A DNA stretch of 64,000 nt from Eledone cirrhosa (GCA_964016885.1 OZ024745.1:24924001-24988000); one strand, 5' to 3'; shown: positions 15,358 to 28,413, numbered from the stretch's first letter. The notes: generated from the letters alone by a model not told the origin. Numbers and translations: made by a program.

Positions 15358-15962
15358 ATGGTGGCTGCCAACTCGTTTTCGAGTACGGCCACTACTTTAT
15401 ATCCAAGTAGGAGAACCCCTACCGATGCGCTGAACGAGTGTGACTTTTTAGTCCAGCCAGTGACTTGAAAACTCTGGTACAAACACTACACTTGTGACAA
15501 TTATTGACACATAGTGCTGCGCCCATGGTACCATGTGACGACAAGTGCAGAGAGATCTCCAGATATAAAGCAATGCCTGTGCCGTGAAGCTTTTATAGTG
15601 AGCAAAGGCACTGCACAAAGCCAGTCCCACTCTCTTAACCAAGATGATATTTACCAAAAAGAAAAACAAGTCAACATCATTGGATACCATCAGAGTTGCA
15701 GGTGTTATATCAGAGTTTTCCTTCTAGAATTCTGCCTTGACAAAGGCTAAGGGGTCATCTCTCCCGGTGTTTTGGATGACCATTGACTCTTAAGAGCTAT
15801 TTGCCCTTTGACAGGTTTTGTTTGTAGTCCTGCAGGATGTCCAAAGTCACCCTCCTCACCAAGAAACCTTGGTGGGGTTGCCAGTTTAGTCGCCAACGAC
15901 CCGACCATGAGACAGGTTGTACTGGGATACATGTTACCAGTAGCACCAACTGGTGACCTGAC
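15358..15962 (-). mobile_element. About 600-bp non-autonomous RTE-derived retroelement (5' UTR + 3' end) in (CATA)n
   Basis: The 3' end encodes CSVCTRVFKSLAGLKSHTRSAH followed by an (ATGT)n tail. The 5' end has an HDV-ribozyme-like segment. There is no RT between them. Confidence 0.65.
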
Positions 15963-16124
15963 ATAAAGATACATATATACATATATACATACATACATAC
16001 ATACATACATACTTCCATACATATACATACATGCATACATACATATATATACATACATACATTCACGCGAACACATATGCACATTCTGACGCACGTGGCT
16101 ATTCCCAATACGTCTCTGTGCTAT

Positions 16125-16157
<33 letters not shown>

Positions 16158-16331
16158 GGAGGGGGAGGATGGCTGGAGCAGGTCTTTATTAACTATTAAT
16201 GAAAATCACGAATGTCAAATCTCTCGGATTAATTGGGGGAAAACGATTAAAATATTTGCGAAGAAAAAGAATAAAATTGAATACAGGCTGACTGTTAACA
16301 AAATAGATGTGTAGATAGCTAGAGAGAGAGA

Positions 16332-16373
<42 letters not shown>

Positions 16374-16492
16374 GAGTCAGGTTGACAGATAAAGTGACAC
16401 ACACACACACACACGTATATATATGTGTATGTGTGTGTGTGTGTGTGTGAATCTATCTATCTTCCTTCTCTCTCGCTCATATATATATATAT

Positions 16493-16949
16493 ACGCACGC
16501 ACACACCGACTTACACCCCACCCCACGCAGACACCTTTTCCTGAACATGGAACCTCGTTCTTCCTCAAACTCTCACATACACACGCACACACACTCACGT
16601 ACACCTACACACATACACAAGCACCACCTTCAGCCTTCCTCGCTTCGATCCCCCGCCTCCCTCTCCCAACACCACCCACCCTTACACGCCTCACACCCTT
16701 CCTCCACTTGTTCATCTTATAGTTTATTCTTATGTTTATTTTTACGTTTATTCTTTTTTTATTTGTTCTCCTTCCCCCTTTTATCTAAATGTATTTCCAC
16801 ACACCCTCTGAACTCTCTTCCTAACCTATTTACTCCTGAAGATGGGCTTATGCCCGAAACGTCTTTACTCCCCCCCCCCCCCCCCCCACTCTAATAAACC
16901 TTTATTTGTCTGCCTCTCTGTTTTGTTCCCGTATATATTTGCACTATAC
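16493..16949 (+). repeat. 5' pseudo-LTR of the PLE
   Basis: Direct repeat of 20677-21141 (ccttttcctgaacatggaacctcgttcttcctcaaactc... shared). Confidence 0.9.
16836..16863 (+). ncRNA. Hammerhead ribozyme core in 5' pLTR
   Basis: CTGAAGA-T-GGGC TTAT GCCC-GAAAC-GTC gives the CUGANGA/GAAA core and a 4-bp stem II. Stem I is not evident. Confidence 0.7.
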
Positions 16950-17402
16950 TATACACGCTTACACAGCTCCACACCACCTCGGAATACTACCTTTACTACC
17001 GGCTCAACCCCGACTTAATCCGCCGTGACCACCCTCTGAATTTTCCCCCACACTCCCCCACAACCTTTTCTTTGCTTGTTATTTTTTCCTATTTTTTCCT
17101 TTTTTCCTATTCTTTGCATTATTTATTGATTTATTTACTGTAATTTTTTTTCTATTTTTTTATTTTTGTTTATGTTTTATCCATGATATCCTGTGTTCTT
17201 CTCTGATTACGATGTTTTTGATTTTTGTCCCTGCTTTCAAATGAATACTTTCCCCTCACGATATATTTTTGTGTTTTTTTGTGTTTTTTTGTTTGATTTT
17301 ACCTCCTCCGTCTCTGCCTACCCCTTCGCTCTTACCCCCCCCCCCCCCATCACACCCTTCCCTTCGCCTCTCTCTCCCCCCTGCTTTTACTCCACGCCCA
17401 CC

Positions 17403-19640
17403 ATGCCCAGCCTGAGATCCTTCCTCCACCAACTCCACACCCGCCTCAAACTTTTCCTCGCCCCCACCACAAACTCACCCCCACCCTCCTCCACCTTAAC
17501 TCCGCATGCCACCCCTCCTCGCCTACTCCATCTTCCTCTTCATCCAAAACCTCAACCACGACCTCTTCTCCTTCCTCACCTCCACCAAAGCCCTTAAGCT
17601 TCACTCACTCCTCCCCACGACCACCTTCCACCACCATCCGCCCATCCTCGTGACCTTCCAACACCCATCTAACACCACCGGCTCCGAACGCCCCAGACCC
17701 GTTTCTTGACCTGGGCCGCCGACCATCGTCTTGGACGCCGGCACCAGAGCAATTTAGCACCCTGGACTCGTTCGTTGACGCCAGCCGTAGCACAGTAAAT
17801 CGCTTCGACTTCTGCCACCGTTCCAAACGGAATAACATCTCACGGGGCGAACTACTCGCTCTCCGCTCCCTCCGTAGCCGGGATGACATCGTCATCAAAC
17901 CGGCGGACAAGGAAGGCGCCGTGGTGGTGTGGCGCGCGGACCTCTACACGGCTGAAGCAATCAGGCAGCTCCGTAACCTCCTCTTCTACCGCCCTCTACC
18001 CTCTGACCCCACACCCCTCTACAAGTTTCCTCCACCATCAAACACCTTGTCTCCCCCTCCCCACCGCTTCCCACCTCATCGTCCGCACCCCCGCACTCCT
18101 ACTATCTACTTCCTCCCCAAACTCCACAAACCTGACAACCCCGGCCGCCCCATCGTCTCTGCTTGCAACTGCCCCACTTAACTCATCTCCGCCTTTCTTG
18201 ACTCCATCCTCGCCCCCCTCGTCACCACCCTCTCCTCTCACATCTCCGAAACCAACCACGCCCTTCGCCTGTTGGACTCCTTCACTTTCCCAGCCGACCC
18301 ACATCCCCTCCTATTCACCCTAGATATCCAGTCTTTCTATACTGTCATCCCCCACGCCGACGGCCTTCGTGCCCTCCGGCACTACCTCGACCTTCGCCCC
18401 CTCCCCGTCCCCTCCACCCCACCCTCCTTCGCCTCGCCGAGCTGGTCCTCACCCTCAACTGCTTCTCCTTCTCGAGTGAGTTTTACCAACAGGTCACGGG
18501 GGTAGCCATGGGCACAAGAATGGGCCCAAACTATGCCAACCTTTTCGTTGGCCATGTTGAGGCCCAAATCTTTGCCCAGTACACCGGCCCCACGCCCGAA
18601 CTGTACGGTCGTTACATCGACGACTGTATCGGAGCCACGACCCTCACCCGAGAACAGCTTGACTCCTTTCTCTCCTTCTTCTGCTCCTTCCACCCCTCCC
18701 TCCACTTCACCACCTCTATCTCCACCACCCACGTCCACTTCTTAGACATCTCCATCGCCATCGACCCCTCCCACCGCTCCCTCGTCACCTCCGCCTTCTT
18801 CAAACCCACCTCTTCCCGCTCCTACCTCGACTTCACCTCCTCCCACCCTACACACACTAAACACTCTATTCCCTACTCCCAACTCCTCCGGATCCACCGT
18901 CTCTGCAGTCGAGATGCTGACTTTGAGTCCCAAGCCCTTTCCCTAGTCAGCCATTTCATCCGGCGAGGTTAGCCCCCCTCCCTCTTCCACACCGCCCTCA
19001 CTCGCGCCCGTGCTGTCCACCGCTACACCGCCCTCACCCCACGCCACCGCACACCCACCCACCGTCTCCCCTTCCCCATCACCTACCACCCCTCCACCCT
19101 ACCCCTCCACTGCACCATCCTTCGCCTCTTCCGACGCCTCCAGTCCGACCCCTCCACTTACCCCATCTTCCCCTCCCCACCCCTCCTCTCCTTCAAACGC
19201 GCACGCAATCTCCGCACCATCCTCGTCCACAGCTCCCTACCCCCCAACCCACACTCCCCCCCCCCGGTTCACTTCCCTGCTCCAGGCCCCGTTTCCACAC
19301 CTGCCTCCACATCACCAACACCTTCCATGGTCCCAACGGCCACTCTCTCTCTGTCCGGCACGCCTTCCGCTGCACCTCCTCCAACCTAGTCTACGTCGGA
19401 CAGACTGGACGTCGCCTGGCGGACCGTTTCACGGAACACCTCCGGGATATTCGCCTCGGCGGGAGTTTCCCGATCGCCCGTCACTTTCGCTCCCTTGGAC
19501 ATTCCACCCACCACCTCACAGTCTGTGGCCTTCTCCAATGCCATGGAACACCCGCCACCCGCCTCACGGTCGAACAACGCACCATCTTCACCCTCCAGAC
19601 CCCCTCCCCCCGGCCTGAACTCCCCACCCCTATTCATTTA
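17403..19640 (+). pseudogene. PLE reverse transcriptase + Cys linker + GIY-YIG endonuclease, frameshifted with stops
   Basis: Motifs IKPADKEGAVVVW, YFLPKLHK..GRPIVS, FTLDIQSFYT.IP, GVAMGTRMGPNYANLF, RYIDD, HFLD, SHP..KHSIPYSQ, PCSRPRFHTC, FRCTSSNLVY..VGQTGRRLADRFTEH. Confidence 0.95.
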
Positions 19641-20676
19641 GCCTTCGACCGCCCACCCTTCCCCACCCTTTCCCCACTAACACCTCTAACACACTTCCCC
19701 ATTCACCCCCCCCCCGGCCCATCCCACAACTAACTATACTAACATCCCCACCCCTCCCCCTAACACGCACACACCCACCTGAACATATATACACGCACTC
19801 ACACTATCCACACACCCTACTACCACCACTAACCCTCACCCACACATCCACTCCGACCACCCCACAACTAACATCACTAACCTCCCCCCGACCCCACGCA
19901 CACGAACACACCATCACACACACACACACACCTATGTACACCACCCACTCCACACACCCAACCACCACTAACCCCCACCTACACACCCGCTTTCCACCCT
20001 TTGCCCACCACACGTAATACTAACACCCACTAACACCCCCTTTACCACACACACACTCATCCAAACACGCACACACTATACTCCCTCCTCCGTCCCCAAC
20101 ACCTCTTCTCTCCCTCTCTCTCTCTCTCTCTCCCTCTCCCCGCTCCACCCACACCCCTTCACGCACATACATCCCACTAACACCTCTACTAATATACACC
20201 CCATCGCCCCACTTCACCACCTTCCCCCTCCACCCTTCACACCTACCCATCCTCTCCCCTGTCCACCGCACCTCCGCAAACACAGACACACACACAGTCC
20301 TCACCTCACTCCACCTGTCATCCCACTCTACTGCTATCTCTTTACCCTGTCTTGACCCTCTGACCACTTCATGTTGCGCGCGCACCCCACTTCCCCCCAC
20401 TTCCGACCACCACCAACATTGGATTCTACACCATCGGTCATCTCTCCAACCATCCACTCCATATCTTGAAAAATATCCAGCATCCCTCCACAACATCTGA
20501 CGCAACTACCTCACGACTTAACCCACGAACATACACTCACACATTTTTTTTTCGCACCACGCCACCCACATCCACACCACATATAAACACAAACACACAC
20601 GTGCGTACCCCCACATATACACAACCTCCGGAATCCACACGCCACCTCCACCACCCCCTGACCCCTCTCCTTCCAC

Positions 20677-21141
20677 ACGCACGCACACCAACTTACATCC
20701 CACCCCACGCACACACCTTTTCCTGAACATGGAACCTCGTTCTTCCTCAAACTCTCACATACACACGCACACACACTCACGTACACCTACACATACACAA
20801 ACACCACCTTCAGCCTTCCCTCGCTTCGACCCCCTCCCACTGCCTCCCTCTCCCAACTCCACCCACCACCTTACACGCCTCACACCCTTCCACCACTTGT
20901 TCATCTTATAGTTTATTCTTATGTTTATTTTTACGTTTATTTTTATTTTTATTTGTTCTCCTTCCCCCTTTTTTCTAATGTATTTCCACACACCCTCTGA
21001 ACTCTCTTGCTAACCTATTTACTCCTGAAGAAGGGCTTATGCCCGAAACGCCCCCCCCCCCCCCACTTTCAAAAGCGTGAACCTAATAAACGTTTATTTG
21101 TCTGCCTCTCTGTTTTTGTTCCAGTATAAATGAGCACTATA
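20677..21141 (+). repeat. 3' pseudo-LTR of the PLE, with hammerhead core at ~21025-21049
   Basis: Direct repeat of the 5' pLTR containing CTGAAGAAGGGCTTATGCCCGAAAC, with AATAAA downstream. Confidence 0.9.
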
Positions 21142-21165
21142 TATATATATATAATATATATATAT

Positions 21166-21323
21166 ATAAGATCAAAAGATGGTTAAAAGAGTTCCATGTA
21201 TTTTATTATGCGCATTTCAAAAACAAATATCATCATGGTATGATATTTGCGTTCTCATCAGATAAAATAGGGAGACATGATATGAAGCTTAAAAAAACAC
21301 TTGCGAGCAGTGAAGTGTTAAAT

Positions 21324-21330
<7 letters not shown>
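21166..21330 (-). mobile_element. About 165-bp hammerhead-bearing cassette (family A, copy 1) between (TA)n tracts
   Basis: Reverse-complement homologue of 32364-32527. Confidence 0.85.
21199..21269 (-). ncRNA. Minimal type-I hammerhead ribozyme (family A)
   Basis: Minus strand: TATTTTAT-CTGATGA-[GAACGCAAATATCAT..ATGATATTTGTTTTT]-GAAA-T-GCGC-ATA|ATAAAATA. It has an 8-bp stem I, an intact core, a palindromic stem-III loop and an AUA cleavage triplet. Confidence 0.88.
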
Positions 21331-21365
<35 letters not shown>

Positions 21366-21490
21366 GTATATATATATATATATGTGTGTGTGTGTCTGTA
21401 TGTGTGTGTCTGTGTGTGTGTATGTGTGTGGGTGTGTGTGTAAAAGGTAAACAGAAATAACAACACAATCGGTACATATCTATTTATATA

Positions 21491-21679
21491 TAGTATTAAT
21501 ATATAAGGGACCAAAGAATCAGTGTTGCATCATATACATATCTAATTACATATTACAGAGTCAGGTTCGATCATTAATAGATCGTTCCTCGAGCTGATCG
21601 ACAGTGAAACATATGTAATATGTAATTAAATATGTATATGATGCAATGCTGATTCTTTGTTCCTTATATAGTAATACTA
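21491..21679 (+). repeat. Fold-back: ~66-bp inverted arms around the 3' half of a family-B hammerhead cassette
   Basis: 21491-21557 is the reverse complement of ~21614-21679. The centre and right arm match 37853-37960, including GAAAC-ATAT-GTA-ATATG. Confidence 0.8.
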
Positions 21680-21756
21680 ATGATACTTTGTCCCCATGAG
21701 CATCGAATGCTCATCCGACATACCACGTATGGACGCAATTAATTTGTACCTTAAGA

Positions 21757-21905
<149 letters not shown>

Positions 21906-22199
21906 CAGAGAGAGAGAAGAAGGAGAGGGGGTAGATAGGTAGATAGACATAGAGAAAGATAGATAGATTGCTAGATTATTAGATTATTAGATCATTAGAT
22001 ACATAGATAGATAAACAGACAAAGAGGCAGGCAGGCAGGCAGGCAGGCTAAGGAAATAAACGAACATGTGGTTAGTTTTTTGGCTCATTTAGCAAGAATC
22101 GTGCTTGAGTGTTTGTCTGAAAATGGCTGAGGAATAAAATAGCGGAGAAGGACTACTTAATGGTGGGAGGTAATGTTGGGAGATTCTGAAACTGTGCGG

Positions 22200-22498
22200 A
22201 AGAGTGAGGTGAAAATTATAGAGAGGTCGAGAATAAGAGAGAGAAAGAGGGAGTGAGAAAGAAAGAAGAAGTGAGAAAGAAAGAGGGAGAGAGAAAGAAA
22301 GATGGGGAGAGAAAGAAAGAGAAGAGAAGATAGAGGGGAGATGAAGAAATGGAGAAAGCAAGAATAAGTGAGTGTGAGAGAGAGAGAGAAGAAAGAGAGT
22401 GGAAATAAGAGAGAGAAGGGGGAGAAACGAGAGGGGCAGAAGACAGTGAGGGAGAAAAGAAAAGAGAGAAAGCAAGAAAGAGTGAGTGAGAAAGGGAG

Positions 22499-22547
<49 letters not shown>

Positions 22548-22565
22548 GAGAGAGATGAGAGAGAG

Positions 22566-22630
<65 letters not shown>

Positions 22631-22760
22631 AATAAGAGGGTCGGAAGACAGCGATGAAAAAAGAAAAGAGAAAAAGCAAGAAAGAGTGGGAGAGAGAGAG
22701 TAAGTGAAAGAGAGGGCGAATAAGAGGAAAAGAGAAAGATTGAGAAAGAGAGTTATATTG
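22200..22760. repeat. (GA)n-rich polypurine tract
   Basis: Read directly. Confidence 0.9.
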
Positions 22761-23777
22761 GGAAAGTTCCAGGTTCCTTCCAAACTATGTGCTTGAAAGA
22801 ACATTTTTTTTCGTGGGTTTTCTTTTTTGTTTTATTGATTAAGCAATCTAAGAGAAAAGGGAAATTGGGAAATGATGCTGTTTACAACTTTTCTTTTCCC
22901 AAAAGGCGTTGATGGTGAAAAGGAAGTAAAGACTAGAGAAAGCATATTGGTCACATGGCTGGCCCAGATTTCACCTCATCTTTTACGTTTGTCAGAAAGG
23001 GTCTAAGATAGTAATAACAATAATTTGTAACTTTGGCATAAACTTGGCTATCTCTCATCTTCTTTACTTCCCACATCTTAACTATGAGGAAAGTACCTGT
23101 CTACGGTCATCCTCTTCATAGCATTGGCCTCCTCTCCCGTCATCAGTGACCCACCACCACCACCACCATCACCGCCACCATCACCAGCAGTACGTGTTCT
23201 GTCGAAGAGTTGTGATTTACGTCACATATCAGTTAGTCTCAGAAAGAAATTCGGTGGAAACCATATTATTTCACTTGAGATAGATAATATTTTCTACCTT
23301 TTCTTACAGTGGAAATATGTCAGTGACCAGGTCGCAAAGACCCCGACAAAAAAATTTTGAACACCTCGAAATAAATGATAAATATAAAATGAATGTAAAA
23401 TTGAATATCTTTTTTAATAGTTAAAATGACTCTTCCATAGTGTAATTGCTTCATATTCAACAGACGGTCTCAAATCAAGTCAACACACGGCCAAATCAAG
23501 TCAATACACTGTTTCAAGTCAACTCCGAAACTCTACAGCTGAGTAAACTGGTGCAACGTGAAATATAGTGTATTGTTCAAGGTTACAACACATCAAATCG
23601 TCCGGGAATTGAACTCACACACTGACCATTGTGAATCTAAATTTCTAACCACTAAGCCACATGCATTCACACAGACACACACACACACACGTATGTATGT
23701 GTATATGTATTTATTTATATATATATATATGTGTGTGTGTGTGTATATATATATGTGTGTGTCTGTGTATGTGTGTG

Positions 23778-23863
<86 letters not shown>

Positions 23864-24228
23864 GATTATCATCATATCTTACATAAATTCAAAATATAAT
23901 TTGATCTCTTTCCCGTTTATCGTCTTCGGTTTCCTTATTAATTAATCGATATTTTTCCGCCTATCCTTATGATAAAAAGGACTTAATAGACTGAGAAGTA
24001 GGAGCGGGATGGAGAAGGAGGAAGAGGGGAAAGCTGAGGTAAAATATTAAGAATGGTGGGGGAGAGGGTTATGATGGGTTAATGATGCTCGTAGTTATTT
24101 TTGAAGATGCAATGCAATTCGCAAGTCTTAAGTAGATTTTTAGCGGAATTCTGAATATTTTACAGTTCTTCTAAACGTCATCATTATATACTGTTAACAT
24201 ATACTTAACAAATTCTCTCTCTCTCTAG

Positions 24229-24305
<77 letters not shown>

Positions 24306-24429
24306 TGATGGACTCTCTCGTCGTGTTCAGCGCATGAGGGCCAAAAAAAAATCTATTTTCTTTTTACTCCACATTTTAGAGTATGTGTTTTCTGTGAAAC
24401 ACTAATTGATTTTATTTTGTTACTATTTT

Positions 24430-24980
24430 GCAAACCAGATTGCATCCTTCACACATAAAAGGTTGAAAAGAAACTGCATTCCTTGACTTTATATCACCTA
24501 GGAGTTCAATCCTTGTGTTGAGATGGCTCCTGATGCCATTTTGACGGCTTTTCTTCTACTTATTACGATCAGCAGCATATTACTCAAATTGGTTGTATTC
24601 CAATATGCTTGATATCTTTCAGTTAATCCTTGTTTCTAAGAAAAAGTCTTCCTACCTTTAGCAGCTCCGCCTGAAGTTGACCACAAGAGAGAATTTTAGG
24701 CAGTCTTTCATCATTCATCCTAAAAACATGGGCAGCCCATCTTTTATTGAGACTGTATCAAGAAGGCTTCTATGCTTTTTTATATCACATTTAAGAAACA
24801 TTAGAGACTTTAACCTTCCAGATATTTCTAAAACATCTCTTGTGGAAAGTGTCCAGCTGTGTGGTACGTTTTCTATATGGTGTCAATGATTCAAACCCAT
24901 ACACGACTGTTGAGACGACAATTGCACGATAAACTGAGATTTTGGTGTTCAAACTCAATTCTTTCTTATTCCATATCTCA
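24430..24980 (-). pseudogene. Degraded RTE-clade LINE ORF2 C-terminal fragment
   Basis: Minus strand yields LDTFHKRCFRNI...RWAAHVFRMNDERLPKIL..GQL....GR..LRNKD.LK. Confidence 0.75.
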
Positions 24981-25273
24981 TGTATTGCGTATTATGTCCT
25001 GGAATACGTCCAGGAAGGTGGACTGAAAAGTTCACAGGCTGACTATGAAGGAGTGATCCAAACTAAGAAAGAATTGACTTCAGGACTGGTACTGGACTAG
25101 TACTTTTTTACCGATCTCGAAAGGATAAAAGACAAAGTTGACCTTGGCGGGATTTAAAGTCAGAGAGAAGAGAGCCGGAACGAATACAGCAAGGTATTCT
25201 ATCCGACGTTCTGACGATTCTGACGATTTATTGCCTCTGAATAGTCATGAAAGATATTTTTCATAGACTAAAC

Positions 25274-25796
25274 CAGTAGTTCTCAACCTTTTTTGCCTTG
25301 GAACACATGAAAAAATAGCGACACACCTGGCTAAATATATATGAAAAATTTGAACTCTGAAAATTACGCTATTTTCAACCATTTTGGGTCATATCTCAGC
25401 ATTAGGACTAGATGAAAAAGAAGTATATCATTTGTCTCAGTTTTAGAGGTAGATTCTACCATAAAAGTGAAAAAAAGATGCATGATATAATAAATTTTTT
25501 TGGTCCCACCTTAAGACAAGTATTGACCAATATCCATTCATATGATCAATACTAATGACGAACGAAACAATAAATGATATAGAATTTTTAGCATTGCGAC
25601 ATTTAGAAACATTTCACTCATCCCTAAATGAACAAAAGCTATGTGGTGCAACATGTTACACCACAGACTGTGAATACTCAATTGGGATCACGTGGTTTTT
25701 CGCATTTTCTTAGTGTGCCGTTCGAAATTTCGCGGCACGTTTAGGAAGATCTCGCGGCACACCTGTGTGTCGCGGCACACTGGTTGCGAATCACTG
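25274..25796. mobile_element. hAT (Charlie-like) MITE
   Basis: Imperfect TIRs CAGTAGTTCTCAACC / GGTTGCGAATCACTG, 8-bp flanks GACTAAAC / GACTAGAG, and subterminal CGCGGCAC repeats. Confidence 0.8.
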
Positions 25797-26289
25797 GACT
25801 AGAGTAAGCGTGATATGATGTCACATTTTATTTCCCTATTGGTGGAGGTGCAAAAAGGGCAATTGTTCCGCGTCCCCTGCAATGGGGGGAGGCACCAACG
25901 AAGGCCGTAACAATTTATATGTGCCCTCAGTTTGGCTTTTTAGTTTAAGGATGGTTAGATTTTTTTTTTTTTTAATTTAATACCTGTATGTATAACTTTT
26001 CAATTCCAATTACTTGTGGCAAGGTGACTTTGATATGTAAAATGGGGGGGTTGCTGTGTATGAAGGTCCTCACAAACGTGAAGTGTTCCGAGTCCCCCAT
26101 GGTCTAAATCTGACCCAGTGTGTAGGAGTAAATGAAATGAAATGGGCCCTAAATACGACGCAAAACGGGATCTCAAGATCAGCTCAAAAATATGGATCAC
26201 CTGATTTTACATATCTTTATAAGCAAACGTCTGGCAAATTACGTTTTGGTCGGTAAATAGAGAGTAATGGCGGCATTTAGTAAAGACAG

Positions 26290-26333
26290 GGTGTATATAT
26301 CGATATATATATGTGTGTGAGTGTATGGGTGTA

Positions 26334-26377
<44 letters not shown>

Positions 26378-28030
26378 AGTGTATGTGTGTGTATATAGGA
26401 GTGTGTGTGCGTGTGTGTGAGTGTGTGCGTGTATGTGAGTGTATGGGTGTATGTGTGTGTATGTGTGTGTGAGTGTATGTGTGTGTATGTGAGTGTGTGC
26501 GCGTGAGTGTATGTGAGTGTGTGTGTATGTGAGTGTATATGTGTGTATATAGGTATGAAGGTATGCATCTATCTGTGTGTGTGAGTGTATGTGTATGTAT
26601 CTGTGTAAGTGAGTGTGTGTATGACGACATGTCTTAATGAGGGGATAATGTGTTACTTAATGTGTATATATGTACATCTATCTGTGTATGTGAGTGTGCG
26701 TTTATTAGTGCATGTGTTAGTATGAGTGCGTGTTTGGTTGTCTAAGTGAGAGAGTGTGTGTGTGTGTGAGAGAGGGTGTGTATGTGAGAGAGAGAGTGTG
26801 TGTGTGACAGAGGGTGTGTATGTGAGAGAGAGAGTGTGTGTGTGACAGAGGGTGTGTATGTGTGAAAGAGAGAGAGAGAGTGTGTGTGTGAGAGAGGGTG
26901 TGTATGTGAGAGAGAGAGAGTGTGTGTGACAGAGGGAGTGTATGTGTAAAAGAGAGTGTGTGTGAGAGAGGGTGTGTATGTGAGAGAAAGAGAGTGTGTG
27001 TGTGAGAGAGGGTGTGTATATGTGAAAGAGAGAGAGAGAGTGTGTGTGAGAGAGGGTGTATATGTGAAAGAGAGAGTGTATGAGAGAGGGTGTGTATGTG
27101 TGAAAGAGAGAGAGAGTGTGTGTGTGAGAGAGGGTGTGTATGTAAGCGAGTGAGTGTGTGTGTGAAAGAGAGAGAGTGTGTGTGAGAGAGGGTGTGTATG
27201 TGAAAGAGAGAGTGTGTGTGAGAGAGGTATGTATGTGAAAGAGAGAGTGTGTGTGAGAGGGGTGTGTATGTGTGAAAGAGAGAGAGAAGGGTGTGTGTGT
27301 GTGAAAGAGAGAGAGTGTGTGTGTGAGAGAGAGGGTGTGTATGTGAGAAAGAGAATGTGTGTGTGAGAGAGGGTGTGTATGTGTGAAAGAGAGAGAGAGT
27401 GTGTGTGTGTGTGAAAGAGAGAGAGTGTGTGTGAGAGAGGGTGTGTATGTGAAAGAGAGAGTGTGTGTGTGAGAGAGGGTGTGTATGTGTGAAAGAGAGA
27501 GAGAGTGTGTGTGTGTGGGAAAGAGAGAGTGTGTGTGAGAGAGGGTGTGTATGTGAAAGAGAGAGTGTGTGTGAGAGAGGGTGTGTATGTGTGAAAGAGA
27601 AAGAGAGTGTGTGTGTGTGAAAGAAAGAGTGTGTGTGAGAGTGAGGGTGCGTATGTGAAAGAGAGAGTGTGTGTGTGAGAGGCTGTATGTGTGTATGAAG
27701 GTGTATGTGTGTATAAAGGTGTATGTGTGTATGAAGGTGTATGTGTGTATACAGGTGTATGTGTGTATGAAGGTGTATGTGTGTATAAAGGTGTATGTGT
27801 GTATGAAGGTGTATGTGTGTATGAAGGTGTATGTGTGTATGAAGGTGTATGTGTGTATACAGGTGTATGTGTGTATGAAGGTGTATGTGTGTATAAAGGT
27901 GTATGTGTGTATGAAGGTGTATGTGTGTATGAAGGTGTATGTGTGTATGAAGGTGTATGTGTGTATAAAGGTGTATGTGTGTATGAAGGTGTATGTGTGT
28001 ATAAAGGTGTATGTGTGTATGAAGGTATGT
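26290..28030. repeat. (GT)/(GA) compound minisatellites ending in an 18-bp tandem array GTGTATGTGTGTATGAAG (~27685-28030)
   Basis: Read directly; it explains the YTHTPS and VYVCMK ORFs. Confidence 0.93.
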
Positions 28031-28245
28031 AGTAATGAGGGAATAATGTGTAAGTTGGTGTGTACATGTACATCTGTCTGTGTATGTGTAAGTATGTTAA
28101 TGTGTGTTTATTAGTGCGGCTCTGTATATGAATGCGTATTTGTGTGCGTTGTGTTTAAATGTATATGTATATATATTTTTGTATATATTTCTCACATACG
28201 TACATATATATATATATGCATATACGACATATACATATATATGCA

Positions 28246-28311
<66 letters not shown>

Positions 28312-28333
28312 TGTATGTATGCATGTATGTATG

Positions 28334-28375
<42 letters not shown>

Positions 28376-28377
28376 TA

Positions 28378-28413
<36 letters not shown>

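Larger units (their letters stand above)
16493..21141 (+). mobile_element. Penelope-like element (Neptune-like), near full length, decayed, with direct pLTRs
   Basis: RT and GIY-YIG pseudo-ORF flanked by ~450-bp direct repeats (16493-16949 and 20677-21141), each with a hammerhead core. It sits between (TA)n tracts and has a strongly C-rich sense strand. Confidence 0.93.

Noticed and set aside
17403-19640. Selenocysteine read-through in the PLE ORF
   Set aside because: The stops seen in the RT are TAA/TAG alongside frameshifts and deletions, which is ordinary decay.
21696-21714. Hairpin ATGAGCAT-CGA-ATGCTCAT as another hammerhead
   Set aside because: It lacks the CUGA and GAAA core elements.
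26742-28114. 443-aa YTHTPS and VYVCMK repeat ORFs
   Set aside because: These are translations of GT/GA minisatellites and the 18-bp array.
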